This document shows positions 50,946-63,900 of a stretch of 64,000 nt of DNA, one piece after another. Position 1 is the stretch's first letter. Every line of letters begins with the position of its first letter. Source of the stretch: Octopus vulgaris (lineage: Eukaryota). The stretch spans positions 203,608,001 to 203,672,000 of the forward strand of contig OX597814.1 in NCBI GenBank assembly GCA_951406725.2, written 5' to 3'. The notes under the pieces were generated by a model. It saw only the letters and a list, made by a program, of their open reading frames with translations. It was not told the DNA's origin and made no database searches. Made by a program: the position numbers and the translations under genes.

Positions 50946-52377
50946 ATGATGCTTTTTTTCTGTTAGGCTTCTGTTTAAGCAAAGTAATCTTCATAAGTTA
51001 TTGCAAGCATTTGGAAATGCAGGGGAGAGAGAAAGAGAGAGAGAGAGAAAAGGAAGTAAATATCAGAAAATAGGTAAATTCTAAGTTTATTCTTACTCCA
51101 ATGATTAGCTATCATGTAAATGCTACTTTTATCAAGTTTGAATCCCATTGAGGCCAGCTTTGCCCTTAATCTTTTGGGAATTGAAAAATAAGTATTGGTC
51201 AAGTATTAAATTCAACTTAATTTATTGTTCCTGTCTTCCAAAATGTGCAGCTTTGTACCTTAGAAACTGTTAATTAAAATATGATCAATGACTTTGTGTA
51301 TTGTATTGGGAATAGAAACAAAAGTTTAGTAATAAAAGATCTTTTAATTATAATTACTAATACTCCACTTAAGCACAAATAACCATCTAATCTCTTAAGT
51401 AATGAGTTTTTTTATTGATTTGTTTCAGAAAATGTTTTAGAATTCTACCATATTTTCATTATTGTTTGTCTCCAGTGAAGTACTTCATTTTTAGTGTAAT
51501 AAAGGATTAGTTTTCCCAAACATTAGCTATTTATTCATTATTTTTAATGAATAAGAAAACTTAAGTACGGTTTCATTTTTATTTCTTTATAAGAAATTAT
51601 TATTTGAAAATGCAATGGCCAACATGTTTGTTGTTTTTCAAATTATTTTATGTAGTCATATCCTCAATAATTCAGAAGAATAAGGGACTAGTTATATTTG
51701 TAAGCTGAATTAGATAAAATATCACCTTTATAAAGTGTATTTTATGTTATGCTGTTACATTCAACTTACCATGTAATGTTTATTGTAAGAAATTATTTAA
51801 AATAGATGGAACATGATAACCTGAAAGGATGTTCTGTTTAGCTACATGTCAGTTCTAATGCTTTAATGAGAGACATATTTTGTTTCTCATATTATTTATA
51901 AAACACAAGATAAACGCCATTCAATGCGAGCAAGAACAGTATTGTTGAAATCTATTTAGGCAGTTTGCTAACTTCAAGGTTGTTGGTTGTACTTCGAGAT
52001 TTGGTTTACAAAGAAAATAAATATTAATGTTTAAATATTAGTTTGAGAAAATTGCTGATAAGAAAAAGTAAGGAATTTAATTCAACAATTTCATTACATT
52101 ATGAATTAAAAAATTTATTCCTGTTTTATTTTCTGAATACTTCAGTATACATGATCTAAAATATTAAATTTAAAACATTTCTACTTCAGTTACTTAACAA
52201 TCTATTCCTAAATATATGAAATATTCTTTTTCTTCTGGCAAGTTGAAAGTCATTTGGTAAATTATTTTGTTAACCACAATTTTGATTGGTACATCTGTTT
52301 TTAGTAAGGATGAGAAAAATCTATCCTTTATTCACTTATGTTTTAGCAATAATTATATAAATTAGAATTATATTTAA

Positions 52378-52882
52378 CTCTTTTATTACTATACTAGCAC
52401 TACGACCCGGCAATGCATATACAGCTGCGTGCGTGCACACATACATGCAAGTACTGTCCAAATCTCCCACCAATCACATACAGCTAGCTGGCATTTTGGG
52501 CATTTTGATTGGGTTTTGGATAGAAAATTCACAAAAAAAATCACTTCTATTGATTTTTTTAATGGCTTTGCAGGGTGACTGGGGAAATATAAAGATGTGC
52601 ACGACCACCCTTGGACGGTTTTGAATGGCCATAGAAAGTGCGAGCCCTCTAACTGAAAAATTGTGGATTTGTATGAAGGACACACACACAGACATTTTGC
52701 CGTTTATATATATAGAGATTTCCTTTGAAATACATTGCCTAAGTTTCTATTAACTTCGAAAATAATGAAGAATTTAGTAAAATAACTTATTAAGCTGATG
52801 TTTGGAACATAAATTAAAATGAAATTTTGATGGATGGTTTTAGTTCAGATCACTTAAAAACAAGAAGCTTGTATCAAAAGGG
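52378..52882. mobile_element. TTAA-type MITE interrupted by a Helitron-like element
   Basis: ttaa|ctcttttattac ... gtatcaaaaggg|ttaa, with TTAA at 52374-52377 and 52883-52886. Confidence 0.7.
52394..52718 (-). mobile_element. Non-autonomous Helitron-like element
   Basis: Minus strand reads A|TCTCTATATATAT...gccgggtcgtagtgCTAG|T: 5' TC, 3' CTAG, inserted between A and T with no TSD. It is CpG-richer than the flanks. Confidence 0.7.
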
Positions 52883-55800
52883 TTAATCTGTTTCTTAATT
52901 CATAGTTAATAAAAACTTATAAAATTTGAATTGCCTGTACACATATTGGTTTAAACTGGACTTCTTCAGTGTGGTGTTGAATCTAAGATTATGAAACTCA
53001 AGATGCATTTTCAAATTTGGTTATAAATGATTATACTCCCAGAAGCTCCTTCATCACTGCTGGTGGAGCAGAGGCTAAAGCAGTTGTCATTTACTCTCTG
53101 ACCCTATTAACCAACCTATTGCTCTCACTAAAAACAATGAATATTGATGCTAACAGCTCCCTTCATCACTTGACTCTATTTGTCCTTATCCTTAACAGAG
53201 TACACTTTATTGCAAGCTTTTGAGCCAGATCTCCAGTTTGAGGACAACTTCCTTCCTTCCTCTCACTAGTCACGGTGGCCCTGAAAAGATTCATGAGCGC
53301 TGCCCTTCCTTTTCTAGCCAAGCAGTGACTTTCTACAAATCTGAAGTATGACCTACATTAAAGAACTGTACACATATCTGGAACAGTGCTGCTATGGCTA
53401 TAGACATAAATATCCTAGACCTATGTTATAGTACTGCTCACATATCTGGGACAGAATTACTGCTACACACACGCACAAATATTCTGAAGTGTATCTTCAA
53501 GAAAGACATTTGACAAACTGGGTTAGTATCTTTTGTTATAGCCCTGGGCCAATCAAAGCCTTGCAAGTGGATTTGATAGAGGAAAAATTAAAGCAGTTAG
53601 CTGAATATGTGTATGTGTGATCCCTATTATATCTCACCTTCAAACCCTGTACTGAAATACTTTTTGAATTATTCTTCCCTGAACTGGACCTTCTGGAATT
53701 CCTTTTCTGCCAACATGTTATCATAGAGAAGCTCAAACTGAAATAATAACCACATTGATCTCTCTTGTCTCAGAGAGCCTCATATAGAGTATTATCCCCA
53801 CCCCAGCTTCTCACTAATAAGCTAAGACAATTCATTTTAGGAAATTTCAAAATATGTTATCAAAATTTAAGATTTTAATGAAAATTATTGACATTTTAGA
53901 TATAAAAATATGACTAATTCTGTATTACTGTTATTATCATTGATAGAAGAAACACCAAGTTTGTATTAACAATCTGTATTTTTTAAAAATATGGGGTCAG
54001 TTCTTAATTTACATAAATGTAAATTTTTAATTAAAGTCTTGGTAATTTTACATTAATTTTACTAATGGTTATATATAGATATTCTATTCAACAGTTTCAT
54101 TTAGAAAAAATAAATAGAAGAACCTTCAACTGTTGAAAACAATTTTCTGCATGTCATTCTCAGTATATTCTATAATCAGTATTTAGTTATTATTACATTT
54201 GATTTTCAGTTTCCAGAACAGTTTTAGACTAAGTATTTGTTCATAGTTAATATAGTGTTCTCTGTTTTTTAGATAAGAACATAAATTACATCTTTCAGAT
54301 TTAATATACAGTAATTAAATTAAATCTGAAAAAGGTTCATTTTTATATTACTGTTTTTTTTAACAGGATCCTATTTTTTTTTGTCCTAAAGGAAATCTTT
54401 CTCATCTTTTTAAGATTTATTTTTGTGCACACATTTTTTCCTTTTTTGTTTTAAGTGTCTTAAAATAGTATACAGTTTTTATTTCTAAGTTAAAGAGCAG
54501 GCCACTGTTGTGCTAGACTGGCTTAGTCAGACTCTGTAGCACCAACTTGCATAGAGGTTTAGCAACTGGTTCCTAAACCTCTATACAATCACCTTCTTAT
54601 TTTAAAGAAGCTTAGTCTTCTGTATGTGGCAATGTTTTATTTATGTTTCAGGTTGCCATAAGAGGTTATTAAAGACTGGGAAGTCTCTAGCATTTGTAAT
54701 GACTTAGAGGGTTTTAATGACACCTTGTTCATTTGTTACTAGATGATTTCTTTGATGATTGTCTTGGTAATAGTAACCAGATTGTCATGTACCCCTTGGA
54801 CGATTGCTCCTTTCTTAACAATAAACTTTATTAACATGCAAAAAGTGTTTTCACATGCTGTAAATGAACAGCCAATCTAGTGAAGGGAACGTTATCTCTT
54901 TTCCAAATGCTAGTGTATATTTCAATTGAACTGACAACTACTTGTTGATCTAAAAGAAAATAAGGTTCAAACTTATTGTAAAGCATATTCTCTCTGCATT
55001 AGTTATCTTTAGTTTTTTAAATATATGGATTCATTTGCATTTGTATTCTGTTTGTATTCTATTGACTCTTGACCCCGCTTTGAAGGTAATATATTTCCAA
55101 TAAGTTCATAGATTTGCTTATCTAATATGAATCATATTGATTTCTGAATAAATGTATTCAGTGTTTCAGTCCTTCACTTTTCTGTGAATCCTATTGCTAA
55201 GTAATGAATAACATGTTGTTTCATATCAATTCAACCATGATTGAACATATGTATTCTGACCATGACCATCCTGTCTTATCTTTCTTAGGAAACCAGTTTG
55301 CTGTCTCTAGCTGGTCAGTGACACCTTCAGATAACATGAAGAATCATTTGCTCATGTGATATTTGTAGTCTACATGCATATATTATTAAAAATTAATTTT
55401 AGGTGTAAACAAAACATCTTCTGAGAGTATAATTTCTTGTATAATTCTGTTGTAATTGTTTTCTTGAAGCATAAGAAATTGGTACTTGCTTTCTCTTTGT
55501 TATGAGAACATCCTAGCAATCTCCAAATGTATATTTGATGTCTATTATACTATTTAAGGCTTTGTGATTAATTTCTTTTGGTAATTGTTTTGCTAAACAA
55601 ATTCAATGGATTTCTGATATTGTGCCAGTATATAGAATGACAACTGACCAGATCAAAATGATATATTTCTGATTTCAGAATTAGTCATATTCCCTTTTCT
55701 TTTAGGAATTGTTGCTTTTATTTTGTTCTTTGTGGAATTTTTCTCTATGTTAATTTGCTACAGTTGATTTATGTTCTCTTCCCATTTTCCCAATCATTTT

Positions 55801-56844
55801 CTGAACATGTGTTCAACATTTAGGTCAACATCTATTGTAGTTTCACACACCCTAACCTTTGCCAGTTTCCAAAACCATATATGCTACAAAATAAAAGGTT
55901 ACTCTGATCCCCTGAAGAAACTTATATCACCTATTTTAGCTCTCATTTAAGCATTAACTGATGTCTACTCTCTTTTTAAAATCTTTTTATTTTATTCAGT
56001 TTTTTTTTTTTAAATTGTTTTTTTTTATATAAAACTTTGCATTTTCATTCACTAATGTTGAAATATCCTTATAAAATAGACATGTTTGTGAAGTTATTCA
56101 ACATTCTAACAAGAAATAATAATTTATATAGCAAAACTAAATAAAATTTAAAACAGAATCCTGCCCCCACTTTTTATCTTTTTAAAAACTTTTACATTTA
56201 TTCTGATTCAGTAAGGCTATATTCTATCATATCTTGTGTTGCATTAAGCTACATTCTGAAATGAATCCCTTGTTTGTCTTTTTTTTTATGTATATTTTTT
56301 CAACACAGTGACATTTGGAAGCCAATTTCTCTTATTAACATTTCTTCCTGACTACAATTTGCAAAAGTTCAGAATAAGGGTAAAAGCTTGGTGTCATTTT
56401 CTTTTTCCTGTATGGCATGAAAATCTTTTGACATGTCTGTCGTTAGTGTTGATGATAGGCCCTAATTCACACATTAATTTAAATGTAATCAATCACATTC
56501 ACTTACTTATGAACCTCCTGTGTTGTAACTGTGCTTTTAAATAAAGTTTACCTTTGATATTTTTCACTTCAATTGCACAAAACCTAATTTATGTTAAATG
56601 GCTCTCATTGGAAATTTGCTTGACTCCTTTATAATAGATACACTAGTGATGAGCCATTGAGGAAATCTGTCATAAAAAAGAACCTAAATCTCCTTCATAC
56701 TACATCCTACCATCTTAAAAACAGGACACATTGGATAATGTAGCCATACATGAAATATGGCTGAATGGGGAAGTTGGTTTGCTTATATGTATGTTAGTTA
56801 TAGACAGCTTAATAGTAGTATATATTAGTAGCATTGCCACAATT

Positions 56845-58160
56845 CTGCTAATGTATGGTAGTAAGACATGGGCTTTGAATGCAGAGGATATGCGAAGACA
56901 AGAGAGGAATGAAGTTAGTATGCTTTGCTGGATGTGTAATGTTAGTGTGCGTGTATGAGAAAGGGGAAATGAACTGCAAGAAAAGTTAGGCATAAGAGGA
57001 ATTAGATGTAGCATGCAAGAGCGGAGATTGTGCTGGTTTGGTCTTGTGATGTGTATAGACGAAGTGCTAATCGCTTAAAGTGGATTGAACTCCTGGAGGA
57101 GTGAAACCCAAGAAGATATAGGAGGAAATAATGAAGGCTGGTCTCAAGATTCTAAGCCTTACAAAAGAGATGACAAAGGAGCAGGATTGGAATTTTGTTG
57201 TGTTCAAGAAGACCCATCCATTACAGCAAAAATAATATCCTAAAACCACTTTGTTATGCTTGTATGTATATGCAAGGCTCTGTCCTGGTTCTGTTTTCAA
57301 CTGTTCCCCATCTATGGTACTCCTCAGCTGTTGTACTCACCTGAGATCAGAATCAGCACATATTACATTTCATCCCCTCCCTAATGATCTCCCACATTCC
57401 TCATCATCCCTGTTCACACTGTCTTAACCAATCACCTCTTTTCTGTGCCTTTGGCCACTGCCCTTTCTCTCCTCTGCTATACTTCATTCTAAACACCTCT
57501 CTTAGCTCTATTCTCTTTCTTAAGCCACTCCTATATCTCCCCTTTTCCCTCTCCACACTGGTATTTTCCCATCATCTGCACCCCCACCCTTGCTCATCAC
57601 TCAATACATTAATCTCTAACCTCTATCTCCCACTGGTTTACACCCCTATGAATGCATCCACATACTCTTGTCCCTTCCTATGACTTGCTGTCTGTATCCT
57701 CTTTTACGCTCGCCTTGCTCCCTGAGAGTTTGATTTAGCTCCTACCTTCCTCTTATTTTCTTCAACCATGTATCTTCTCTATAGAACAACAGTTGTGCTT
57801 GTCTCTCTATCATACTTTGAGCCTTTCAACATCTGCATAAAACCACCGTTCTCTCCCAAATACTTCTGCCTAGTTGTGGGGGTTTTTCTCTTCTTTTTCT
57901 CTGGTCTTTTAGGTCGTGCAAATTTTCATGGCAAACTCACCTGTGTCAGTGGCATGTAAAAAGCACCCAGTACACTCTATAAAGTGGTTGACATTAGGAA
58001 GGGCATCCAGCTGTAGAAATTGCCAAAGCTTACACTGGAGCCTGATACAATCCTGCAGCTCACTGGTTCTCTGGCATATCGTCCAAGCAATGTTAGCATG
58101 TAAAGCGGACATAAAATGATAATGATGATGATATATATATATCATTGTCATCATCATCAT
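56845..58160 (+). mobile_element. RTE LINE 3' fragment with long pyrimidine-rich 3' UTR and GAT tail
   Basis: LMYGSKTWALNAEDMRRQERNEVSMLCWMCNVSV..RLCWFG, then a CT-rich tract and the standard tail modules. Confidence 0.75.
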
Positions 58161-58498
58161 GGTTATCAAAAGAAAGTGATTCTAGAGAGTGGAATAACTG
58201 GTAGCACTGAAGTATGTGCAGTTGTGCTCTCATATGCTTAATCATACAAATACAGCTAAATAGTGCTGTAGTTGAATGGTGATGGGATGAACGTTAAGAA
58301 GACGAGAAGTACAGAAGGTTTGACAGGGACAGATTAGGTGTTGGGGCAGGTCCCATTGTGTGTTTAGTCACAAACATGATGTTTTTAGGACCTCACTTTT
58401 GTCATGATGGACAGATTTTCTTGAATATGGTGAATGCCAATTGTCTTCGTCCTTTGTCATCTTGTCCATGAGGCTCAACATCCTAAGGTTGGTCTTCT

Positions 58499-58499
<1 letters not shown>

Positions 58500-58540
<41 letters not shown>
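58500..58540. repeat. (CA)n microsatellite
   Basis: Seen directly. Confidence 0.95.
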
Positions 58541-58542
<2 letters not shown>

Positions 58543-59639
58543 GAGGGTGTGTGGGGGGATGAAATCACATCCATTGATGCTCAAAATAAATGATACTATA
58601 TTAAAATTCCTTCCAACCATTCTTGACCTTGCCTATGATGTATTTAGAAGTGAATTTTTCTTATCTGCTATTAATAGTTACAAAATCAAATATACTGATA
58701 CTATTTCCATCACATTTCTGAAATAAATTAGCTACATCTGGAAGCAATGAAAAGAATCTTCTATGGGCTTCTAACCCAAATCTCAAATACTGTTATTTCA
58801 ATAATTTAGCATATCACTGGTATTTAGCAATTTTAATAACTCCTAATTAGATGGAAAACTAAACCGTTTTCACCATTTCTCTTGATATCCTAATGTTACA
58901 AATTTGGCAACCCTGTAAATTATGATCTGAGTCAATAAACACTGTTAAACTTAATACCACTTTATTTTTTATTTTTATTGGGAAGTAACAGAAAATATGA
59001 TATTTAAAAATGTAAATTAGAAGTACATTGACTAATAGATTACATCCATATTTTTTTGCTATTCTATATGTTTCGCCTCTTAGTTTTTTCAATATATTCT
59101 ATATACTGTTCTTGTAGAAAATGGATTAACTTCAAAATTAAACTGCATAAAAACTCAATCTTAATTATTTTTTGTGGAAGTGATTAGGAATTTACAAGCC
59201 TTTTATCTTTGTCTAATTTCTAAATGTTTCCTTGTATTACAACTGTTCTTCATGTCAGCTTTTCCAAGTTTATTTATGCTTTGTTTTCTTTACCATGACA
59301 TGTCTTTTCAAATTGTATTTCAAGGAAGTATGTAGCCATTTATCTGCTTGTTTTGAATATCTAGGTCATAATGATCTCTCAACTCTACCTTCATGTTTTC
59401 TTTTCTTTGCTCATGTCCATTCTCTAGTTGTATTGATTGGTTTTTCATGTCGATATCTGTTTCAGTCTTTGTCTAAGGTCAGCCTATTGAATATTTTAAA
59501 AATTTCATTTTGGTTTGTGTGAGATATTTTTTAGATAAGAAATTCAATTTAATAATTTTAATAGTTCTAAATTTAAAATAACTTCAACAGTTTATGGCTT
59601 AACACTCTGATTGAGTAGACCTATAAACAGTCATTCCAG

Positions 59640-59840
59640 CAGAATTGTTATCATGCTAGACAAAATGCTTAGTAGCATTTCTTCCAACTTATGTTCTGAG
59701 ATCAAATTCTGCCAATGTCGACTTTACCTTTCATCCTTTCAGGGTCAACAACATAAGTACTGGGGTGGATGTAATTGACCAGTTACCACCTCCTCCCTAA
59801 AAAATTGCTGGCTTTGTGCCAAAATTTGAAACCATTATTA
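59640..59840 (+). mobile_element. CORE-like SINE
   Basis: Same modules as 15668. Another decayed copy lies at about 62160-62360. Confidence 0.7.
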
Positions 59841-60231
59841 GATAATTATCAAGTGACTTCATACAGAATGCATTCAAATATTCTTGTTTCCATTTAATCT
59901 TTAGCACAACTTTATGTAGTTATCAGTATGCTATATCATTCATTTTATATTGCCCAGACTTCAGTTTTCTAAACTAGAGAAAGTTCTGGCAAAGATCTAT
60001 ACCAATGAAGAAATCCAGAAATTAAATTGAATACATGATCCTAATCTAATAGTGGCACTCATCATGAAATGTTTTATTGATTATTGATATTTTAATTGGA
60101 ATTTCATATGAATAGCATTAAAACATACATGACTATTAAAAGAATTACATTATTATATGATTGTACTTTCTTAACTATAACTTTCATCTGTTAGACACGT
60201 GTGCGCGCATGCGTGTGTGTGTGTGTATGTG

Positions 60232-61051
60232 CAGAGTGTTTGGGCTAAATTTGATTTTTTTTATGTCTCCTTTTTTCAGGAAAAGCTAGATGTATTGGTG
60301 AACAGTCAGTAACATTAGAGAGCAAAAAGACTAAAGTCGTAGTTAAGAAAAAGTTAACTGGCATGGATGACTGGAAACTATCTGATTATTGGAAAAGAGT
60401 TGCATATATCATGATGATTTGCACAATGTGTGAAAATGCCGACACCATGACTACTGCTTGAGACTTTGTAAACATTGTAAAGGCTATAAGATGTGACATG
60501 GACTGCTGCGATAGAGACTTTGAAGTTGTGGCCAGCAGAAAGGGATACAGCAGGCTTTCTGATTGTGTCTGCATGCTGGAATTAACCTCTACATCTTTGG
60601 CTCAATCCAGATGACTATGTGGAACTGTTGGGACTGTGGTCAATCCCTGGCAGGAGAGGGTTGCTGCTGGAAGGCCATATGTATGGCAGCAAGATTCAAC
60701 TCCTTACCATACCTCCAGAAAGAGTTAGAAGTGGTTGTCAGAGAATCTTTATGGCTTCATTAGCCCCATTTTCTGGGATCCTAATTCTGGATTACAATTG
60801 TGGGGTACACCTGAGAAAGACACCAACCACTCTGCATGCAACACCAAGGTTGAACTAGTGGCCAAGATCAAGGAGGTGTTTGAAGATCTTCCCAGGGACA
60901 CAGTGAGAGTGGCTACTTTGAGTAAACTTATCTCCCAGCCATAATCTAGTTGATACTTTTTGATTTAAAAAAAAAACTTTTATTTTTGTATGGTATATTG
61001 TTTTCTTTTCCTCCTTTTATGCAAACTATCAAATTTAGCCCAAACACCCTG
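60232..61051 (+). mobile_element. Tc1/mariner (maT/DD37D-like) non-autonomous element with both TIRs
   Basis: 24-bp TIRs cagagtgtttgggctaaatttgat / atcaaatttagcccaaacaccctg (1 mismatch). Contains MDDWKLSDYWKR, VAAGRPYVWQQDSTPYHT and FISPIFWDPNS. Confidence 0.88.
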
Positions 61052-61262
61052 TGCTCACACACACACACTGTAATATCTAATATCTACAGTATGTTTCAAC
61101 TAGATTATTCATCATCGTTTCGTTTAACGTCTGCTTTCCATGCTAGCATGGGTTAGATGAGATTGATCTTTAGAAATTACTATTTTTAAATCTCACAACA
61201 TGACTAGTTGTCACTTTGAAAACTATATATTTTGAGCAGGAATTTAGCAGCGCCATCTCTAG

Positions 61263-61305
61263 CTGTGCTGATGAAGAGAAATAACTCAGAAATGATGATA
61301 CACAG
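61263..61305 (+). ncRNA. Candidate type I hammerhead ribozyme core
   Basis: CTGTG-CTGATGA-aGAG aaataa CTCa-GAAA-tgatga-TA-CACAG: stem I of 5 bp, canonical CUGAUGA and GAAA boxes, UH site. Stem II has an A.A mismatch at its base and stem III is only 2 bp. Confidence 0.45.
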
Positions 61306-63208
61306 ATATTGTTTTGAGCTGAGTGGGGGTGCTAGATTCCCTTGTTCGAAAATATAAGGACACAGATTGTGTCATATAGCCAGCTGGAGACGATGTCTCC
61401 TGGGGCTAAATTACAGCATCATTAGTCCTAAACCAGGACTGCCATGTTATATTGGCAAGCAATCTCTACTATAATAGATTGATCTTTGTCATCAGATGTT
61501 ACATTCCTGGTTGTGTAGCAGGTCCTAGATTGAATTCCAGCTAGGAACATTTAACAACTCAAACATTCAAGTAGTTTTTTTTTTTTTTTTAAAGTGTATG
61601 GTGAACTGCAAATGTGTTGTATGTCTGTTAGAGAATTAAGATATTAAGATGTGTAACTGTTTTCATGTTTGTTTCTCTGTTTATGGGCTCAGCCTCAGAT
61701 TTAGAAGATTACAGTGAAATGTATACATGTATATGTAATCTATTTTATGTTTATACATTTGCTTCTCTCCAATTTATTTTGATTCACAGAGGCTTTCTTT
61801 TCCCATTACATTTTTAAAGAATCAAAAAATGTCTCTTTGAAAGTTTTCATCTATATTTTTTAATTGATTTGTGTATGTTGAATAACTTTTGAAGAATACA
61901 TTTTCTGTTGTTTGATGCTCCAAATAATGCAATATATGATTCATAATAGTGATTTGTTTTGAGTTTTACTATTTTCTTTTAAGTGAATCTTATTTTGTGT
62001 TGATGGTGTGAAGTGGAAAATGAATTTTTTTTTGAAATTGTCATTATATAGTTTTCTTTGCATGAGTAAATCAATAATCTTAAGAGCATCCTTTCAGTTC
62101 TGTTGCAAAAATTATAGTTTTTATATAATGCCTTAACAATTTTTCTTTTTCTTTGAGGGTGGTGGATGGTAGGCTTAGTAGAACACCAGACAAGATAGCA
62201 TGTGGAGTGGGGTATTTTGCCATGTCCATTTACATTATGAGTTCAAATTCTGCCCAAGTCAGCTTTGTCATCCTCAAGGGATGAAAAACAGTCATATACT
62301 GAGATTCAGTTTAATCAAACATGCTCCCTGTAAATTTATGGCCTTGTGCTAATGCAAGAAATCCATACTTTTTCTTTCTTAAATGTATCATTATCTCTTA
62401 AAAATAAATTTCCAGTCACAGTTATCAAATTAGAATGTTCCTATTGTTGATGGCTGCAATATGCTTTTTACTTTGGATTTTTTATAATTCATTGATGAAA
62501 ACAAGGGAACAGTTTGTACCTCACTTCCCTTGTTTTGGACAACTTGCATTTAAAACCCCCAAAGTTACAACAAATACTAGTCTCACATTCTCTGACCTTT
62601 CTGAAGATTAGGTACATAGGAGTCCAGATCAACTTAACCTTTCATCTGTCAGTAAAATAAGTAGTTGTATTTCTGTTTGGGTAAAGTTTGGCATTGGAAT
62701 GGTGTGCATTCTGATTTTTAAGGCCAACTTATGAAGACGAAGTCTTTTGACTGACCACATATCAAATAGTTTTTTCTTTGATAAATATTTGTGTGTCTTA
62801 GGATCCTTGAATATTTGTGAATATTTCAAAACATTTTATCATATTTAAATTTGGTATGGTATAGAAATATTGAATGAAATGTTAAATGAAACTAAGTTGA
62901 AAATATTTTTGCACAAAATGTTTTAAAAGCAAAAATATACATAAAAAAAATGTTGTGTAAATAATTTCTTCCTGGTTGTCAAACTAACACCATGCATATT
63001 TGTAGTCTTTGTGTGAGCTAAGAGGCTTTTTCAATCTAGCCATAAGTTATTCATTTTCAATGTCACAATGACCAGATTGAGAACTTTAAAAAACTGCAAT
63101 TTAATTTATGCACTGTGTTGTTGAGAACATGTAAGAATACCTTTTGAATTCCATTTCACAGCAAGATGAAATATGTCAAGCATTTCAATATTCTTTGGTG
63201 TACTTATA

Positions 63209-63256
<48 letters not shown>

Positions 63257-63556
63257 GTTGTAGATCATTATGACTACCTTTTAATTCTACATACTTCTTG
63301 TCTGAATTAATATATGAAACAATCTTAATGTAATATCTGAATTTAAATTGATATTTCTGTTAGGTCTATCATAATCTAACTGAAAAGGAAAGATATAAAA
63401 CAGTTTCCTGTAAGATTGGTAACCTACAAGCTATTTAATAACATTTCAAGATACAGTTTTGTAATGGTGTAGACTTGTGTCTGGACTTTATTTTACATTC
63501 TATGCTAAAAGTTTGACAGCATTGACCTGTACTCAAAAAGAACTATTTATATGATA

Positions 63557-63900
63557 GGTACAGGAACGGCTGTGTGGTAAGAAACTTGTTTCCCAACCAC
63601 ATGGTTCTGGGTTCAATCCCACTGTGTGGTGTCATGGGCAGGTGTCTTCTACTATAGCCCTGGGCGAATCAAAGCCTTGTGAGTGGATTTGGTAGACAGA
63701 AACTGAAAGAAACCCGGTGTGTGTTTGTGTCTGTGTTTGTCCTCCCACCATTGCTTGACAACCGATGTTGGTGTGGTTTGACAAAAGATACTGATAGAAT
63801 AAGCATTAGGCTTGCAAAGAATAAGTCCTGGGGTCAATTTGTTCGACTGAAGGTGGTGCTCCAGCATGGCTGCAGTCAAATGACTGAAACAATTAAAAGA
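63557..63900 (+). mobile_element. tRNA-derived SINE, same family as 23052/50519
   Basis: ggctgtgtggtaag..gggttcaatccc..gtgagtggatttggtagac..ggtggtgctccagcatggc..actgaaacaa. Confidence 0.85.

Noticed and set aside
61247-61262. CTCF-like word (minus strand AGATGGCGCTG)
   Set aside because: Only the core half of the motif matches, which is not enough to call a site without ChIP data.
61292-61322. C-box ATGATGA and D-box CTGA pair (C/D snoRNA)
   Set aside because: The boxes are only about 20 nt apart with no properly placed terminal stem, and they overlap the better-fitting hammerhead-like core.
61240-61552. Telomerase RNA or H/ACA RNA, suggested by the terminal hairpin plus ACA
   Set aside because: There is no CTAACCC template and no ANANNA H box in a hinge position.
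62495-62540. SECIS-like hairpin (ATGA..stem..GA)
   Set aside because: No apical AA at the required spacing, and the GA is out of register with the ATGA.
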